Source: Octopus sinensis | Taxonomy: Eukaryota | NCBI RefSeq assembly: GCF_006345805.1 | Contig: NC_043005.1 | Span: 53,630,001 to 53,694,000, forward strand | Length of the DNA: 64,000 nt | Reading direction: 5' to 3' | In this document: positions 25,115 through 39,347 of the stretch, one piece after another | Position numbering within the stretch: position 1 is the first letter of the stretch | Layout of the letters: each line of letters opens with the position of its first letter | Position numbers and translations under genes: made by a program | Notes under the pieces: generated by a model | Databases searched by the model: none | The model's input: the letters and a program-made list of their open reading frames with translations, nothing else | What the model was told of the DNA's origin: nothing

Positions 25115-25305
25115 TATCGATGGCTAAGTCCCTTATTTCCTAATACACTAAGTTCGATTTATTATTTTGTATCTTACACAAACGATGGTTTTAACGTGCA
25201 AAATGCAAAGGTTGATATAATCAACCAAAAGTGTTCCGAGCGATGCCCCATCATGACCGTATTACAATGATTGAAACCAGCAAAAGATGACTGCAAGAAG
25301 ATATA

Positions 25306-25500
25306 CAAGGAGATGCTGAAAAGTTCTTGACTTTAAGGGTATCGCGAAAGGCCTGCCTGGAGGCCCAACCTTCCGAGTTCTTTTACAGGCCGCTGCAATA
25401 CGTGTGTGAATCTGAGAAGGGACTATGATAAATAAAATCATAATTAACAAATCTCTTGTTTTCTTTTGCCCAAAACCAAGAATTTTTCAGCAGCCCCTCG
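25306..25500. mobile_element. mariner-type MITE
   Basis: TA|CAAGGAGATGCTGAAAAGTTCTTG ... CAAGAATTTTTCAGCAGCCCCTCG|TA; imperfect TIRs with TA duplication. Confidence 0.75.
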
Positions 25501-25559
25501 TAGGCATTATATATTTATCGAAAGTAACTGAAGTGCTGGGACATTCATTTCTTTTCTAC

Positions 25560-25980
25560 AGCAATAGTAGGATGAATGCTGTGAATTTCGTCCCTCTTTT
25601 ACGTTCTGGATTCAAATGTCAACAGGGTCGACTTTGTCTTTCATCCTTTCAGGGTCGATAAAATAAGTACCAGTTGAGCACTGGGGTCGAAGCAATCAGC
25701 TAGTCCCTTCATTGAAACGGCTACTCTTGTGTCAAAATTTGAACCCAATATTATATCTTCATTGAAAGGCAGTGAGCCGTCAGAATCATTAGAGCGTTGG
25801 ACAAAATATTTAGCACATCTTCTTTCGGTTTTTACCTTCTAAACTCCAATCCCACCGAGATTAACTTTGCTATCATCTTTTCGGGATGACTTAAATAAAG
25901 TACCAATCAAGTACTGACGTCGGTACAATCGACTTACTCCACTTCCCTAAATTTCATTCCTTCCTCTTACATTAGAAACA
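25560..25980 (+). mobile_element. Two SINE family A copies
   Basis: GTCGACTTTGTCTTTCATCCTTTCAGGGTCGATAAAATAAGTACCAG core. Confidence 0.75.
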
Positions 25981-26844
25981 ACTATTATATCTCTATAAGC
26001 ACTGACAAGTCATTCGCTCTTTCTTATCGCACTTAAACTCTGCTGTTCCTGGAAGTATTTATTTTTACATCTAATTTTTTTCCGCAATTGTGCTGGAATT
26101 CCAACCTCGGCATGCACATATCTTGCTAAGTATTAGTGCACGTCTCTTTATGTACGTGTACATGCGTATGAGCGTGCACATATGTGTATATTAAATACTG
26201 CGAAACAGTTGAACTTAAATTGATTTATTACTAGAAATATTTGTCAGAATTTCCAATGCTGTAGGTTGTTGTTGATATCAGTCTTCACCGTGAAACCTTG
26301 ATCTGCAAGATAGCTGGACATTGCTTATGTGTGCAGTACTGTGGCTACTTAAACTAATGAAATACTTATTAATGTGAGACCTGTTTATTGCAGAACGAAC
26401 TGAGCCGGAAACAATGTAAAACATTGAATTGAATTCAAATGCTTTAGAAGATTAACTGCCGTCATGATCACTCAATCGTGTTGTTGTTTAAACCCCGGTC
26501 AACTGTGATCAAGCAGACTTAAGGTTACATGTCATTCTTTCTGTGACCATCGCATCGATAGTGCTAAAAATAAAACCAATGATCACGTCATTCCACTGGT
26601 GACCATCTTGTTAAATTTGATGTAGACATCCCAACTTCCACTAAGTATATTTTTCTGAATTTATCTACAGCAGCCACATTATCCGAACTTTTCGGTGAAA
26701 TTTATGGAAGATTTGGGTATTATTTCTAGTACGTCAAGTGGTCCGTAGAGATGTCTCATTGACTCATCGTCAAACATTTTCTTTTTTTTTCCTCTTGACT
26801 TGATTTCTCACTGACCGTAACGTAGTACAAATCACGATTCGTGT

Positions 26845-27020
26845 TAACAGGAGAGCCTCTGCGTGGTCGCTCGGCCTGCTAGAAATAGAAGCCAGTCGAT
26901 GGGAGCTCATTATACTTCTTTCTAGATATATTTCTTGTAATGTAAAAGGGAGTGGTTTCAGATAAAATGCTTTTGATCATGTTTGCTCATTTAGTGATCA
27001 CCTGGGGCTAAACGACATAA
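26845..27020 (+). mobile_element. SINE-like family D; further copies at 38085-38230, 38700-38760, 47750-47930 and 61870-62045 (all -)
   Basis: Shared motifs GTGGTCGCTCGGCCTGCTAGAAATAG and CCTGGGGCTAAAC / GAGCAGACCTAT. Confidence 0.6.
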
Positions 27021-28107
27021 CAACATATGGAAATAAAAACAAAACGCGCGCTTTAAGATTTTATACAAAAACAAACAAACGGTAAGAAGGCGAGGTGTGA
27101 ACCATTGTTGTAATCAACTGTAAAACACATAAAAACCGCATATGCATCAATTTTGGCAAACTTACAAAAGAATTTTAATCAATTGTGCTTTTGAATATTT
27201 TCTTAGCTTTAATTAGTCATTCAGATTTTGGTTTTTCATCTTTTTGTGAATATCTCATAAAACTGGTAAATTTCAAAGTGAATGTACCAAGGATTATTAT
27301 GTTTAAAACAGAGTATTCACAATTATGACCTGTAAAATTTCACCTGCAATTATGATTCATAAAATGTATCGGTGATTTTTAACTTTAAAAAAAATTTACG
27401 AGTAATTATAAGTCATAAAAATGTATACATCATCATTACAGAAAAAGAAAAAAAAAAGATGAGGTGAAAATGCACTTACTTTTAAAATTCCATCTGTTGT
27501 CTCCGCTTTAAATTATTTTGTTTTAGTTTTGTTTTGTTGTTGCCAATACGCTGCCGCTGCCAATTGCCACACAAAGATCAACTAAAAAAAAAGCGAGAGA
27601 AAAAAGAAAAGAAAATTCTAATTGATTTGCAATCTAAAGAGATGCATTGTATCGTATATAAAGTCTGAAAGAGTTGTTAGCTCATAACTAACTCTAACTT
27701 AACCCTTTGTTAACGACTTATAAAGTTAAATAATATATAAGATACCATGTTGCTATATTGATGTATGAAACGCGTCAAATCAAATGTGTAATTTTCTCAC
27801 AGCTGAAACAGTTCAATAATAATCAAATGAAAAAGATCAAAGTGTTAAACTCAAGTCAATGTTATAAATATTCTACTAATGTATTGCTCAGTTAACTGGG
27901 TGCCTATATAACCATTAAAGCAACACAAACCTTCGGTATTTCAATATTATATTATAAAAACGGCTATTTCCTTAAACAGTATTGCTCATCGAGACAGTGA
28001 TGCACTACCAAAATAGTTTCATTGAACTCAACACTGGAATTTATTGCTTATATCCTAATGTACACGTTCAGCAAATTAGTGTTACTGTTGTTGTTGTTAT
28101 TATTATT

Positions 28108-29130
28108 TAAGACGTCACGCAGTATCCAATGTCGTAATGTTATTGATTTAAGATATACGTACAGTGGTTTTGTACTGTCTGCTATGTCACAACAAGGACC
28201 TCAGACTGACAGTACTTTACGCAATATATGTGCAGTTCCAAGAAATGCTGATTTTTGCAAAACACCTAGATTGTAGGGTATTTTTCTAAAGTTTCCAGAT
28301 GCTTCTTCAGGTTGGGTACCACATCTTTAAGATGCCACATCTTTTGTATTTCGGTTTCCAGGTCCTTATATTTACTTAATTTGTCAAATTCCTTTACTGA
28401 TATATTTTATCAGTGGAAACACTTACATCTATTAGTCTACATGTATTTTCTTCCCTGTCTTTAATGATTGTGTTTGGTCGATTAGCCTGGATCGTTCTGT
28501 GGGTGTTGACTGGAAAATCCCAAAAGATAGTGATGTATTTACCTTCAAAGACTGGCTCAGTATGATGTTCATACCAGTGAGCAGGAGAGTTGATTTTGTA
28601 GTTTTTAAATATTTTCCAATGTAAACCCAGTCCTAAACTATCATGGCGATTTTTGTATTCATTTGGTGTCAGCACAGGACACCCCTTGACGAGATAATCT
28701 ATTGATTCGTCAAATGTATCGCAGGATCTGCATTTAGTGTCAGAACTGTTTTGAGGAGCGTTAGCTTGGTAGTTTATTGGTAAGCAAGCTTTGCTCTTGT
28801 GCCGCTGATATGAAACCTTCAGTCTCTGCTTTCAATCCTGAGCTTCTCAGTCACTGATGGGCTGTTGCTTGGTCTATATCAGCATTTCGGCTTCGAAATA
28901 TAAACTGTCCATGCAGAGGCTTCTACCTCCACTGCTCCTCAATTTCTTTCTGCCCGTTCTTTTTTTTGCAGTCTGTTTGGCCTGAATTCCTTCTTCGGTG
29001 GCAGTGGTCTCAGATTCTTTATCCAATTCAGAGTTCCCTTGCGAATTTGTAAGCTTCCTTGACAATAGAATATGATTTATTTTCCTGCCTTCGTGTTTGC
29101 ACACAAACTGCAGCATCGATTCCTCTGTAC
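28108..29130 (-). pseudogene. Older 5'-truncated R4/Dong fragment (C-terminal CCHC/endonuclease region and 3' UTR)
   Basis: LRSSGLKAETEGFISAAQ, YKNRHDSLGLGLHWKI, TIFWDFPVNTHRTIQANRPNTII..CRLIDVSV, homologous to 14091-14900. Flanked by TAA/CAA-rich triplets at 28080-28107 and 29145-29215. Confidence 0.85.
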
Positions 29131-29858
29131 CAGATAAAATTATTATCATCATCATTACTATTATTATTGCTATTGCTGTTATTATTATTGTTGTTGTTGT
29201 TGCTACTATTATTTCTATTTGTGGGTGAGTTATCTAGATTTATATCATATCCATTTTCCCGTCGCACGTTAGCAAAAATAGACAAAGATATACAGAGCAT
29301 CAGCGACCAAGATATAGCAGCAGAAAAAATTACTTTGTTAATAAGTAATACATAGAGTATAAACTAATAGTATCATTTTTTAGATACTTTGCAGATTTCT
29401 TCTAATGTAAAATTAGTTTCATAACAGAAGATTGGGAAAAATTCCAGCAAAATTTCATATGGATATTAGAGTCTTAACTATCCTAAAAGTATTGTGGCTT
29501 CTTTCGGATGATTATGAATTCACACAAACATCCACATACAAATATACATGCATGCACACAAAACACATACGTATGCAGACGTACACGCACATGCACATAC
29601 ACACACACATACACTCTCTCTCTCCCTCTCTCCCTCTCTCTCTCTCTCTTTCTCTCTAACCAAAAATGAGCTACGAGAAATAACTCAAAATTGCAAGAGT
29701 CGTATATTTGAATAAGAGACAACTACAGGTATGTGAAATACCATACAACATAAATTTTTGATTCATTGAAAATATCATCGGTGCTAGAGGATATATCAAT
29801 TACTAGCTGGCAATTAAAACCAGTTCATATGTATTATGCATATATATGTGTGTATATG

Positions 29859-29915
<57 letters not shown>

Positions 29916-29968
29916 ACTATATATATGTGCATATATATATATACATACATACATACATGCATACATAC

Positions 29969-29999
<31 letters not shown>

Positions 30000-30039
30000 C
30001 CCACTACCATATACATATGGTAATAGGTAGCGATTTTCT

Positions 30040-30420
30040 TCACTACTTCAAGCAGTGACGACCTTGCCTGACATGAGTCCCAGGCTCAGCTGGCTCCGGC
30101 TGACAGTACCCGGTATGGGCCCCTATGCAGGGTTACGGAACGGAGACAACCTTCAAGGAAATACGGAGTGGAGCCCCATAGGTGGTTTAGTGTTCGACTG
30201 GACAATCTTCCGGTAGCTCCTGCAACCAAGCTGGTGCCAAACGAAATGCTCTGCACTCCTTTGGACTACGTCAGCAAGGTCGAGAGAGGAATCCTGACGA
30301 CTGGTCTACCCAGGATTTTCTTACATCTAGCCCAGGCCTGAGCAAAACTGGAGAAGATATGAAATGTAAAAACCAGACTGGATTAGTTTATGCGCACTCC
30401 ATTGTCTCCCGAGACAAAAG
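30040..30420 (+). mobile_element. GC-rich interspersed sequence, probable LINE (RTE-like) 5' UTR, starting with a decayed HDV-like ribozyme fold
   Basis: Abrupt GC-rich island. GTCCCAGGCTCAGCTGGCTCCGGCTG resembles HDV GUCCCAGCCUCCUCGCUGGCGCCGGCUG. LINE identity is inference. Confidence 0.45.
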
Positions 30421-33114
30421 GATGCCAACAACAAATATATATATATACACACTAGCACCTAGCGTCTCCCAGTACCAACACCACACACCATTACGCACAC
30501 ACCCAGACACACACCGCAATATCCTCACCACGAACACCATCATACAAAAACCCCTACATACTGATCAACTCATTGCCCACACCACACACCATTTATGAAC
30601 ACTCCCACACATACTCCCATGTAGTACATACATTCACAGACTAGCATAGCACCCTACACTGCTCAACCTCTCACTCTTGTCACCTCATACTATCCACTAC
30701 CTCCATGCATTTCCTCACAACGCACAATATTCACTCCAAAAAAAGCACATACAATGCAATTACAACATGCCTGGACACAGACAATGTACACATGCGCACT
30801 ACATTCATAGACACATACAACTTTCGCGCATAAACATACACAATACACATACATGCACACTCCATGCACTAACACACACACACACATCAACAGCTAAATT
30901 CAAGCGTTTGCACGCACACACACACACACGAGAGCCTCACATACATAGTATACACAGCTTTACACTCCGTTTTATATACACCCGTACATACGCAGGCACA
31001 TACACACAAGTGAACGGCATTCACATCAAGCCCACATAATGCTTACTTATACACATATGTACACTCCCTCGTACTCATGCACAGGCATAAGCGTTTGCAC
31101 ACACACACACACACATACATGACACACACACATACATGACACACACAATAACCGCATATACGTACGTTCGTATGCACACTCACACAAATACAAGTAAAGC
31201 ACATTACTCCACAAAATGCACGCATTAGGTTACTTATACTCATACATACACACATTTTCATATGAACACAAATCGCCAATATGATTTTAAGTAATGTTTA
31301 TCTCTATTTCAACATGGCTATTCCGTAGGACCCGACGTTACTACCGTTACTTCTCAGTACAGTTACCACTTTCATCATTTATAGAGATTTTTCTAATCAC
31401 CTACTTTGCTTGTTGCTAGATTAGTGACTGGTTGTCGCTTATTTTTCAGGCATTTCATTTCACGTTTCTGTTTACTTAGTTACACGGACCGTTCACTCCC
31501 TACGACGGACTGGTATTCAAGGAGAACATTGCATTCTATGATGCCTCACTGTTGACTAGGCGAGTGGAAATCATTCGAATGCTACCGGTTTCAAATTCTT
31601 TCACCAGGGCAACAATTTTGGAGTAGGAGATGAGTCGATTACATTGACCCTAGTGTTCAACTGGTACTTCTTTTATCGACCCCAAAAGGATGAAAGGTAA
31701 AGTCGACCTCGGCGGTATTTGAACTCAGGACACAGAAGTGTATAATAACAGTCGATAGTGTGGTCGATAAAGTTATATAGTGGTTGGTAGGCCGAAGAAG
31801 TTATGGGAAGACGTGAGGGAGGAAAGGGAAAACGGAATTTGGTGGGTCCACTCCAACAACTGAACACCATGAGAGGAATCGGAGTTGACAAGGTGTAGTA
31901 AAAGAACGTTCTGCCCATTCTAAAAGTAGAGAGCTGATATTCAAAAGAGGAACGATGGGGCTGAGGTAGGAATGATGATGAAGATGACGATGGTGATCGT
32001 CATCGCCTTCATCTCGCACTCTATTGACGCAGTGAACTGTGAAATGATCAATAAATAATGCCTTTTCTTTTATAGATAAAACTGATGCACACGTTCTTAA
32101 TTAATGAACAGAGAGCGCGAGTGAAACAGCGTGCGTGTGTGAATATGTGAGCAGCTGTGTAAAGCAAGTTTATACATATATGTGTGATGTATGTATATAT
32201 GTGTGTGTGAAGAAATAAAGAAAATAATAAAGAAAGCGGAAGTAAATTCTGAGTTAGTGGAACTAGTATATTTTTCATTCTTCTTTCCTTGGTGTGGGAA
32301 TGATTGGTTCCAACCTACAATGTCGTTCTAATGTACATGTTCTCCGTAATTGTAAACTGCTCAGTATCACTCAAGGTAAATTAGTTACAGACTTTGAGCT
32401 AATTATTCATATGTGTTTTTGAACCGTGATTCCAATTTTTAACTTTTATGTCTATTAATTGTCAGCATGTAATTAATTTTTATAGAAAATAGATGGAAGT
32501 TATGTTAGAAAACTAATTAAGATACATTTTTTTATAAAGATGCTGCAGCTAGTTTTTATATTAAAAAAAAAAGAATAATTAAAAATCCCACCTTGAATTA
32601 ACCTAAAGATATTTTTATAAATATATTACCCGTGATTCAAGTGATAGCTTTATTTTTCATGAATATGTCTGAACTTTCTAGTTACCGTTAGTGACGAAAT
32701 AAAATACTTGCAATTTTAAACCATATTTTATTGCGTTTTGTATATTCGCACATTGTGTCCATAAAAATCATATTTTAAACTTAAAGCAATGGAAACAAAA
32801 ATGTATTGAATACTACGAGAAATAAAAGGTATTTTTTCAAATAGTTTGATTATTGATTTATTTTGAACAGGCAGCATACATAAAATTATGTATACAGTGG
32901 ATTAGATAAACCCCAGTTTATTATTGGTGCGTAACTTATTTGCCAGACAAACATTGCCAGCAAAAGGCCATCGATTGAGCCCACATAATGGATTGACAAA
33001 ACTAAATAATATTTAGCTTTCCCCGTCGTTGATCTCTTCTCACCTTTTCTGTTTTTTTTTTGTTTTTTTTTTAGTATCTAAAATATTACGGAGGACGTGT
33101 AGCCTATCATATCG

Positions 33115-33693
33115 ATTTGAAAATTTGATACAAGGCCAGCAAGTTCAGGGGAGGGGTAAGTTGATTACGTCGACCCAAGTGCTCAACTGGTACTTGTTTT
33201 ATCAACACCGAAGGGATGAAAGCCAAAGTTGACCGCAGCAAAATTTTAACTCAGAACGTAACGATGGAAGAAATACCTATTTCTTTATTAACCACAAGGG
33301 GCTAAACACAGAGAGCACAAAAAAGGAGAAACAAACGTATTAAGTCGATTACATCGACCCCAGTGCATAACTGGTACTTTACTTATCGACCCCGAAGGGA
33401 TGAAAGGCAAAGTGGACCTCGGCGGAATTTGAACTCACAACGTAACGCAGACGAAATACCTATTTCTTTATTACCCACAAGGGGCTAAACACAGAGGGGA
33501 CAAACAAGGACAGACATAGGTATTAAGTCGATTACATCGACCCCAGTGCGTAACTGGTACTTAATTTATCGACCCCGAAAGGATGAAAGGCAAAGTCGAC
33601 CTCGGCGGAATTTGAACTCACAACGTAACGCAGACGAAATACCGCTAAGCATTTCGCCCGGCGTGCTAACGTTTCTGCCAGCTCGCCGCCTTC
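33115..33693 (-). mobile_element. SINE family A concatemer: one head plus three 183-bp body units
   Basis: AAATACC anchors at 33271, 33454 and 33637 (period 183). Confidence 0.9.
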
Positions 33694-34435
33694 TATTCTC
33701 AATATATTAATGCTTTGCAAAAGAGTCCATACTGTCGCACACATTTGGACGAAAACTTCTTCGCCAGCGATTTTCATGCAAGTACTGATTCATGAATGTT
33801 TAGCCGTACCTTATTTCGTGGTAATATGTGTGATGCAAATTGACGTCAACTGGTCAATGAACTTTGGCTCTTGTATTGGAACATTTACATGGTCATTTGA
33901 TCTCCAAGAAATAGCAGCTAAAACTTCGTCAAATCACAGCGATTTGTCTTGCAAAATGAAATGAATCGTTACATATTTCAGATAGGATCAACATGGGAGA
34001 AACAGTCTCCGTTGGAATCTTTTCAATCACAGGTCTGGTAATGCTTCCTGCTTGACATGAACAAGTAGGTGTATTAGTTTGACGCTCGGGAAGAAGGGAA
34101 AGCCTTTGGTGTTTGGAGCTTACGCTCTTTGACTGAAAGCATTGAGAGAGGGAAATAGGAAAGCGAACGAAAGAAAAACGGAGAGAGAAAAGTGTGTAAG
34201 GATAAAAGGTTCAACATGATGAAATATGTGTGTGTGTGTGTGTGTGTATTTCAGTTTTTATCTAATAAAACCACTCACAAGGCTTTGGTCGGTCCAAGAT
34301 TATAGCAGAAGCCAGTGAGCCAAAGTGCTACGCAGTGGAACTGTACTCGAAACCATGTGGTTGGAAGCAAACTTCTTAACGACAGCCAATCCAGCGCCTG
34401 TGTGTCTGTGTGTGTGTGTGTGTGTGTGTTTAAAC

Positions 34436-34522
<87 letters not shown>

Positions 34523-35231
34523 CTGAGAAGGAAGTTTTGAGAGTGTGTGATGTTCCTGCATTTCTCAGTAATAATAAGAATACCACTGATATTAAGTTAC
34601 TTTGCCTCTGAATTAAATTCTACTGGTGGACTAAATTTTCTGACTGATTTAACTCCCGCATAATCACGGCTGTGTTATAACTCAACCGCTAAAACTAACA
34701 AATTAGTTTTAACATTAAAATAACCATACTAGAAATAATTATTTCAGTAACCATTTGTTTCTATTAGAAAATAGTTCTTCTTCCTCTTCTTTTTCTTCTT
34801 CGTCCTCTCTCTCTCTGTCATTGCAAGTAAAAAAAAAAAAAAAGAAACATGAAACAAAAAAGAAATAATGGAAGAAAAGAGAAGAATTCCACAAGCAAAA
34901 TTGAAGCGATATAAATCAAAGAATCAATAATAAAAGATAACAGTGTTTAGAATTTGTATTTAAATATCTGAACAAAACTATTTGCTCCAATCGGAATATG
35001 AATTCTAGTGTCTGTCGAATGAAATTATATTTGCTGTTAGACAAACCATAGATTTCTTTAATGAATATCAATGAAGCTAGGCTTCTTTTTATAGCAAGAG
35101 ATCATGCAAAAATTGCATGGAAATAATGTTCGTCATGAATCAATATATTTCAGAACATTGTGTAAATAGATCAGATTTCCATGTCATTAGAACAATGTTC
35201 AGATAAAGAAAAAAAAGATTCCGATTTTTGT

Positions 35232-35270
<39 letters not shown>

Positions 35271-36643
35271 TTTTGGTTTTCCAGGATTTTTCTCTCCCAA
35301 CCTCCTAAACCTTCGTAGTATACCCGATGTATAAACTAACTGACATTGACACATGGGAATGGCGCAGGCAACGTCGTTTTCATCGCTGCAATCTGAAATA
35401 TTACACACTTATCGCAACTGAAGCCTTTCTCTCCAACGATTTGTTATAATTCCCTCGTGATGTTTATTGATCGCTGAAAAACCAACGCACGGGAATGCTT
35501 TTATGCAGCAGTGAGTAAAAGCAATCAGCTGACGAGCAAAATCTTTTCATTGGTCACACTGCCAGCTCATCAGCTGACTAGTTCAGAGGAATCGTTCCGA
35601 TGTGGCTGGCTGGCTGCTAGTTACCATGCGTTTGTACACATTAAAGAAAATTATATGTACGCGCGCGTGCGTGTGTGCATGTGGCAGTGTATACGTGCGT
35701 GTGTGTGTGTGTGTGTCTACATGTGTCTATGTATGTAAATATTAGATATATGCATGTGTATATATGCGTATATATATATTTACATATATAAATATGTACC
35801 TATATATATATATATATATATATATATTGGTATATATTATACGCATCCATATATACACTTATATATAGATGCTCACCCATGCATTTTTACATGGAAGCAG
35901 ACATACAAATATAGAAGCATACATATATATCCAAATACATATATATATATGTGTATATATATACATGCTTATATATATATATACATACATACTGTATACA
36001 TATGCACACTGCAAGTATAGAAGACCAAGATATACTAGGATGCGTGTTTGTGTGTGTTTGCAAATATATATATATAAACACACATACATACATACAAACA
36101 CACGCACACACACACACACATATATATGTATATATGCACACACACATGCATATATATGTGCATGTGTGTGTGCGTGAGCGCGCACGCATGTATGTGTTCG
36201 GTTTCTTCGTGCTTTTCTTTTTCTTTTTTTTCTATCCAGTCAGTCTTTAAATGTTGTTGATCATAACAGTGCGACTATAATAATGTTTGCCATGTTTCCT
36301 TCTCCCCCCACCCCACCCTGCTTCCTTCTTCACATTCTCTCCTCTCCCACCCACCCTCCCACTCTCTTTCTCTCTCTCTCTCTTTCATCTCTTTCTCTCA
36401 CTCTTTCTGTCTTCATTAACATGCTATTTTCACACTGCTACACAATGAAGCATATTGATTTGAGTCAGTTGGCAGTGAATAAAGATAAAAACATAGAAGA
36501 TAAAAATAAACAAACTTAACATTAAAGCAACATTTATTCCGAAATTCATTCATTTCTTGTACAGCTGACAATTTGTTCGCGTTTTTTTCCGTTTGCTACT
36601 TATTTTTATTATCATTATTATCATTACTATTATTATTATCATT

Positions 36644-36696
<53 letters not shown>

Positions 36697-37167
36697 GTTA
36701 TTTCTGTTGATATTCATCTCCAAATTTGCTCTCGTCAGGTAGGCACCTACAATCAAACGCGTTCCACTCGTGATCATTCCGTCTTTTACACACACACTTA
36801 CATGCATACACACACACGCTAAGCGCGAACACACCTCCACACTCATACACACATGTATTTGTGTTTGTATATCCATATTTGTGTGTGTATGTGTGTGTGT
36901 GTGTGCGTATTTTTTATCTTTTGGTTCAGTCAGGTTTAGTCGAAATCTACGACAGTACTATATTTTTTTAAAGTACGGTACTTATCTATCAGCCTTTATT
37001 ACCGAACTGCTGAGTTATTGGGACGTAAACAAACCAACGTTGGTTGTCAAACTATGGTGGGGAAAAACACTAATACACATGGATACACATACACATATAT
37101 GCATGAATTTTTTCATGTATTTATTGTATATGTATGTGTGTGTGTGTGTTCGCAACGTGGTGTAGAT

Positions 37168-37400
37168 AAAACAGTGCACAGCTGATGAAGGGATTGTTCT
37201 TTATGTTGCCTGTCACGTTTCTCTATGTGTTTCTTTCGTTGTTCGAAAAAGGTTTGTTTTCCATGTTTTTGTTTTATGTTTTATTTTCTCGTTTTTCATT
37301 TTGCTCACGTTTATTTTGACGTCGTGTACCCATATATGCATCTATATATTCATATATATGTAGGAATGTACATATATGTATGTATATATGCATATATATA
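37168..37400 (+). mobile_element. Diverged family E copy
   Basis: CACAGCTGATGAAGGGATT.., GACGTCGTGTAC.. and an ATATATGTAGG..GTACATATATGTATG tail, as in 5778-6047. Confidence 0.55.
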
Positions 37401-37428
37401 TTATTTATATTATACACACACACACACA

Positions 37429-37520
<92 letters not shown>

Positions 37521-37686
37521 CGACGTACTTCTTTCAATTTCCGTCTACGAAATTCACTCATAAGACTTGGGTCGGTCCGAGAATGTAGTAGAAGATACAT
37601 GTCCAAGGTGTTATGCAGTGGGACTGAAACCTGAACCACGTAATTGGGAGGCAAATTTCTTACCACACTGCCACGCTTGCGATATA

Positions 37687-37722
<36 letters not shown>

Positions 37723-38404
37723 TGTGTGTGTGTGTGTGTGTGTATAGATTTATAGATAGAGAGAGGGAGGGAGGGAGGGAGAGTGCGCGCCCTTAGCTTA
37801 TAATTTTGGGGCCTACCAATTTTGAACAGTCTCAAGTGTAACAGGCCGAAACTGTAATGATGATAGGAAGCTTGACTGAAGAATAGAAAGCCACGACTTT
37901 TCCGTCCTGGTTTTCTTGTTCGTCTTTGTATCGTCCTTCTGTCCGTATGTTCCTGGAATTGTCGTTATTGCTGCTGTTCTGCTGTTGTTTTGATGTTGCT
38001 GTCGTTGTTGTTTTTGCCGATGACGATGATGATGATGATAGTGGTGGTGGTGGTGGTGGTCGTGGTGGTGGTGGTGGTGATGTTGTTGTCGTTCAGTCCA
38101 CACATCGTCTCTAAACGAGCAGACCTATCCTTTTTGAAAGAGCCCATTTCTAAGACGATGGAAAGTTATTTGAGGAAGATATGGCTGCTATTTGGAATAA
38201 GTGGATCAGACAAGTTAGCTTTTTTTGTTGTTGTTGTACTGTTGTTGTTTATCGCCAGATCAAACCTGATACAGTAAACCTATAATTAAAACCCTCTCCT
38301 CTCTATCAGGCTTGTGTTTTATGAAGATAAAGTAGATCTAGCACTACCATAATCTAATGTTTCCTACGCTTTTTAAGACATTAGAAGTAGTTTGAGGGAT
38401 ATTT

Positions 38405-38459
38405 GAATAACTGTTGTTGTTGTTCGTGGTCATGTCCGCTACTACTACTACTACTACAA

Positions 38460-38491
<32 letters not shown>

Positions 38492-38520
38492 CCTATTACT
38501 ACTACTACTACTACTACTAT

Positions 38521-38555
<35 letters not shown>

Positions 38556-38556
38556 T

Positions 38557-38590
<34 letters not shown>

Positions 38591-38680
38591 GCTGCTGCTG
38601 CTTCTTGTACTTGCAGTAATGGCGGAGGTGATGATGGTGGTGGTAGTAGTAGTGTTGTTGTTGTGGGTGGTGGTTGTGGT
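38405..38680. repeat. Triplet microsatellites (ACT, GCT, GGT, GTT)
   Basis: Directly visible; source of the poly-T/L/V ORFs. Confidence 0.95.
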
Positions 38681-38802
38681 CTATTGTATTTACTTCCGTT
38701 ACTGTTTAACTCCGGAACAGATCTGATCGAGCTGATTTCTGATGAAAGACGTTCCAACCAGAGCAGTCCTGATACAGAATTTTCTACCATTTCTGTATGT
38801 CC

Positions 38803-38842
<40 letters not shown>

Positions 38843-39347
38843 CGCACACAGAAGCTTGTCTCCAAAATCCTCACAGTAGACAAATCAACCCCACCCCATA
38901 TTTGACTGGTGCTTTATTTAACGACACTGGCAAAAAAAAAAAAGAAAAACGACAAGCAAAATCGAACTCAGAAAGCAGAGAACCGGAAAAAAATATACCA
39001 CAAATCATTCTCTCTAATGTCCTGATAATGTCTTTGCCAATGCATGTCACTGTGACGCTGTTGTTACTGCCGTCGCCGCCGCCGCCTTGGTCTTCGTTGT
39101 CTTGGGTTTTCTCGATTGGCGAAATTCTAATACCGACTTTCAGTTATATCCATTTCGTCTTTTTTTTACCGTAATCCCTCATGTGGTTGTGAAGATTTCT
39201 TTGAAACGATCAGCGGTATTCCCTGTTTGTCGAGAGATTTTCTTCACTGATGGTGACCAGCTTTCTAGTACTCACCTACAATTTTGATATTGCATGTCTT
39301 CTCTGTTCCACTCTCAGAGTTCGGTACTAAGACTACATTATTAAATA

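Noticed and set aside
37813-38230. His/Gln-rich ORF and a DDGKLFEEDMAAIWNKWIRQ segment
   Set aside because: It consists of a triplet repeat plus a - strand family D SINE; there is no recognisable homology.
38721-38794. Apparent 74-bp exon (AG|..DLIELISDERRSNQSSPDTEFSTIS|GTATGT)
   Set aside because: The sequence aligns with the decayed 3' end of SINE family D (GTTTA.C.CC.G..CAG..CTGATCGAGC.GA....TGAT.AAAG..TTCCA.CC).
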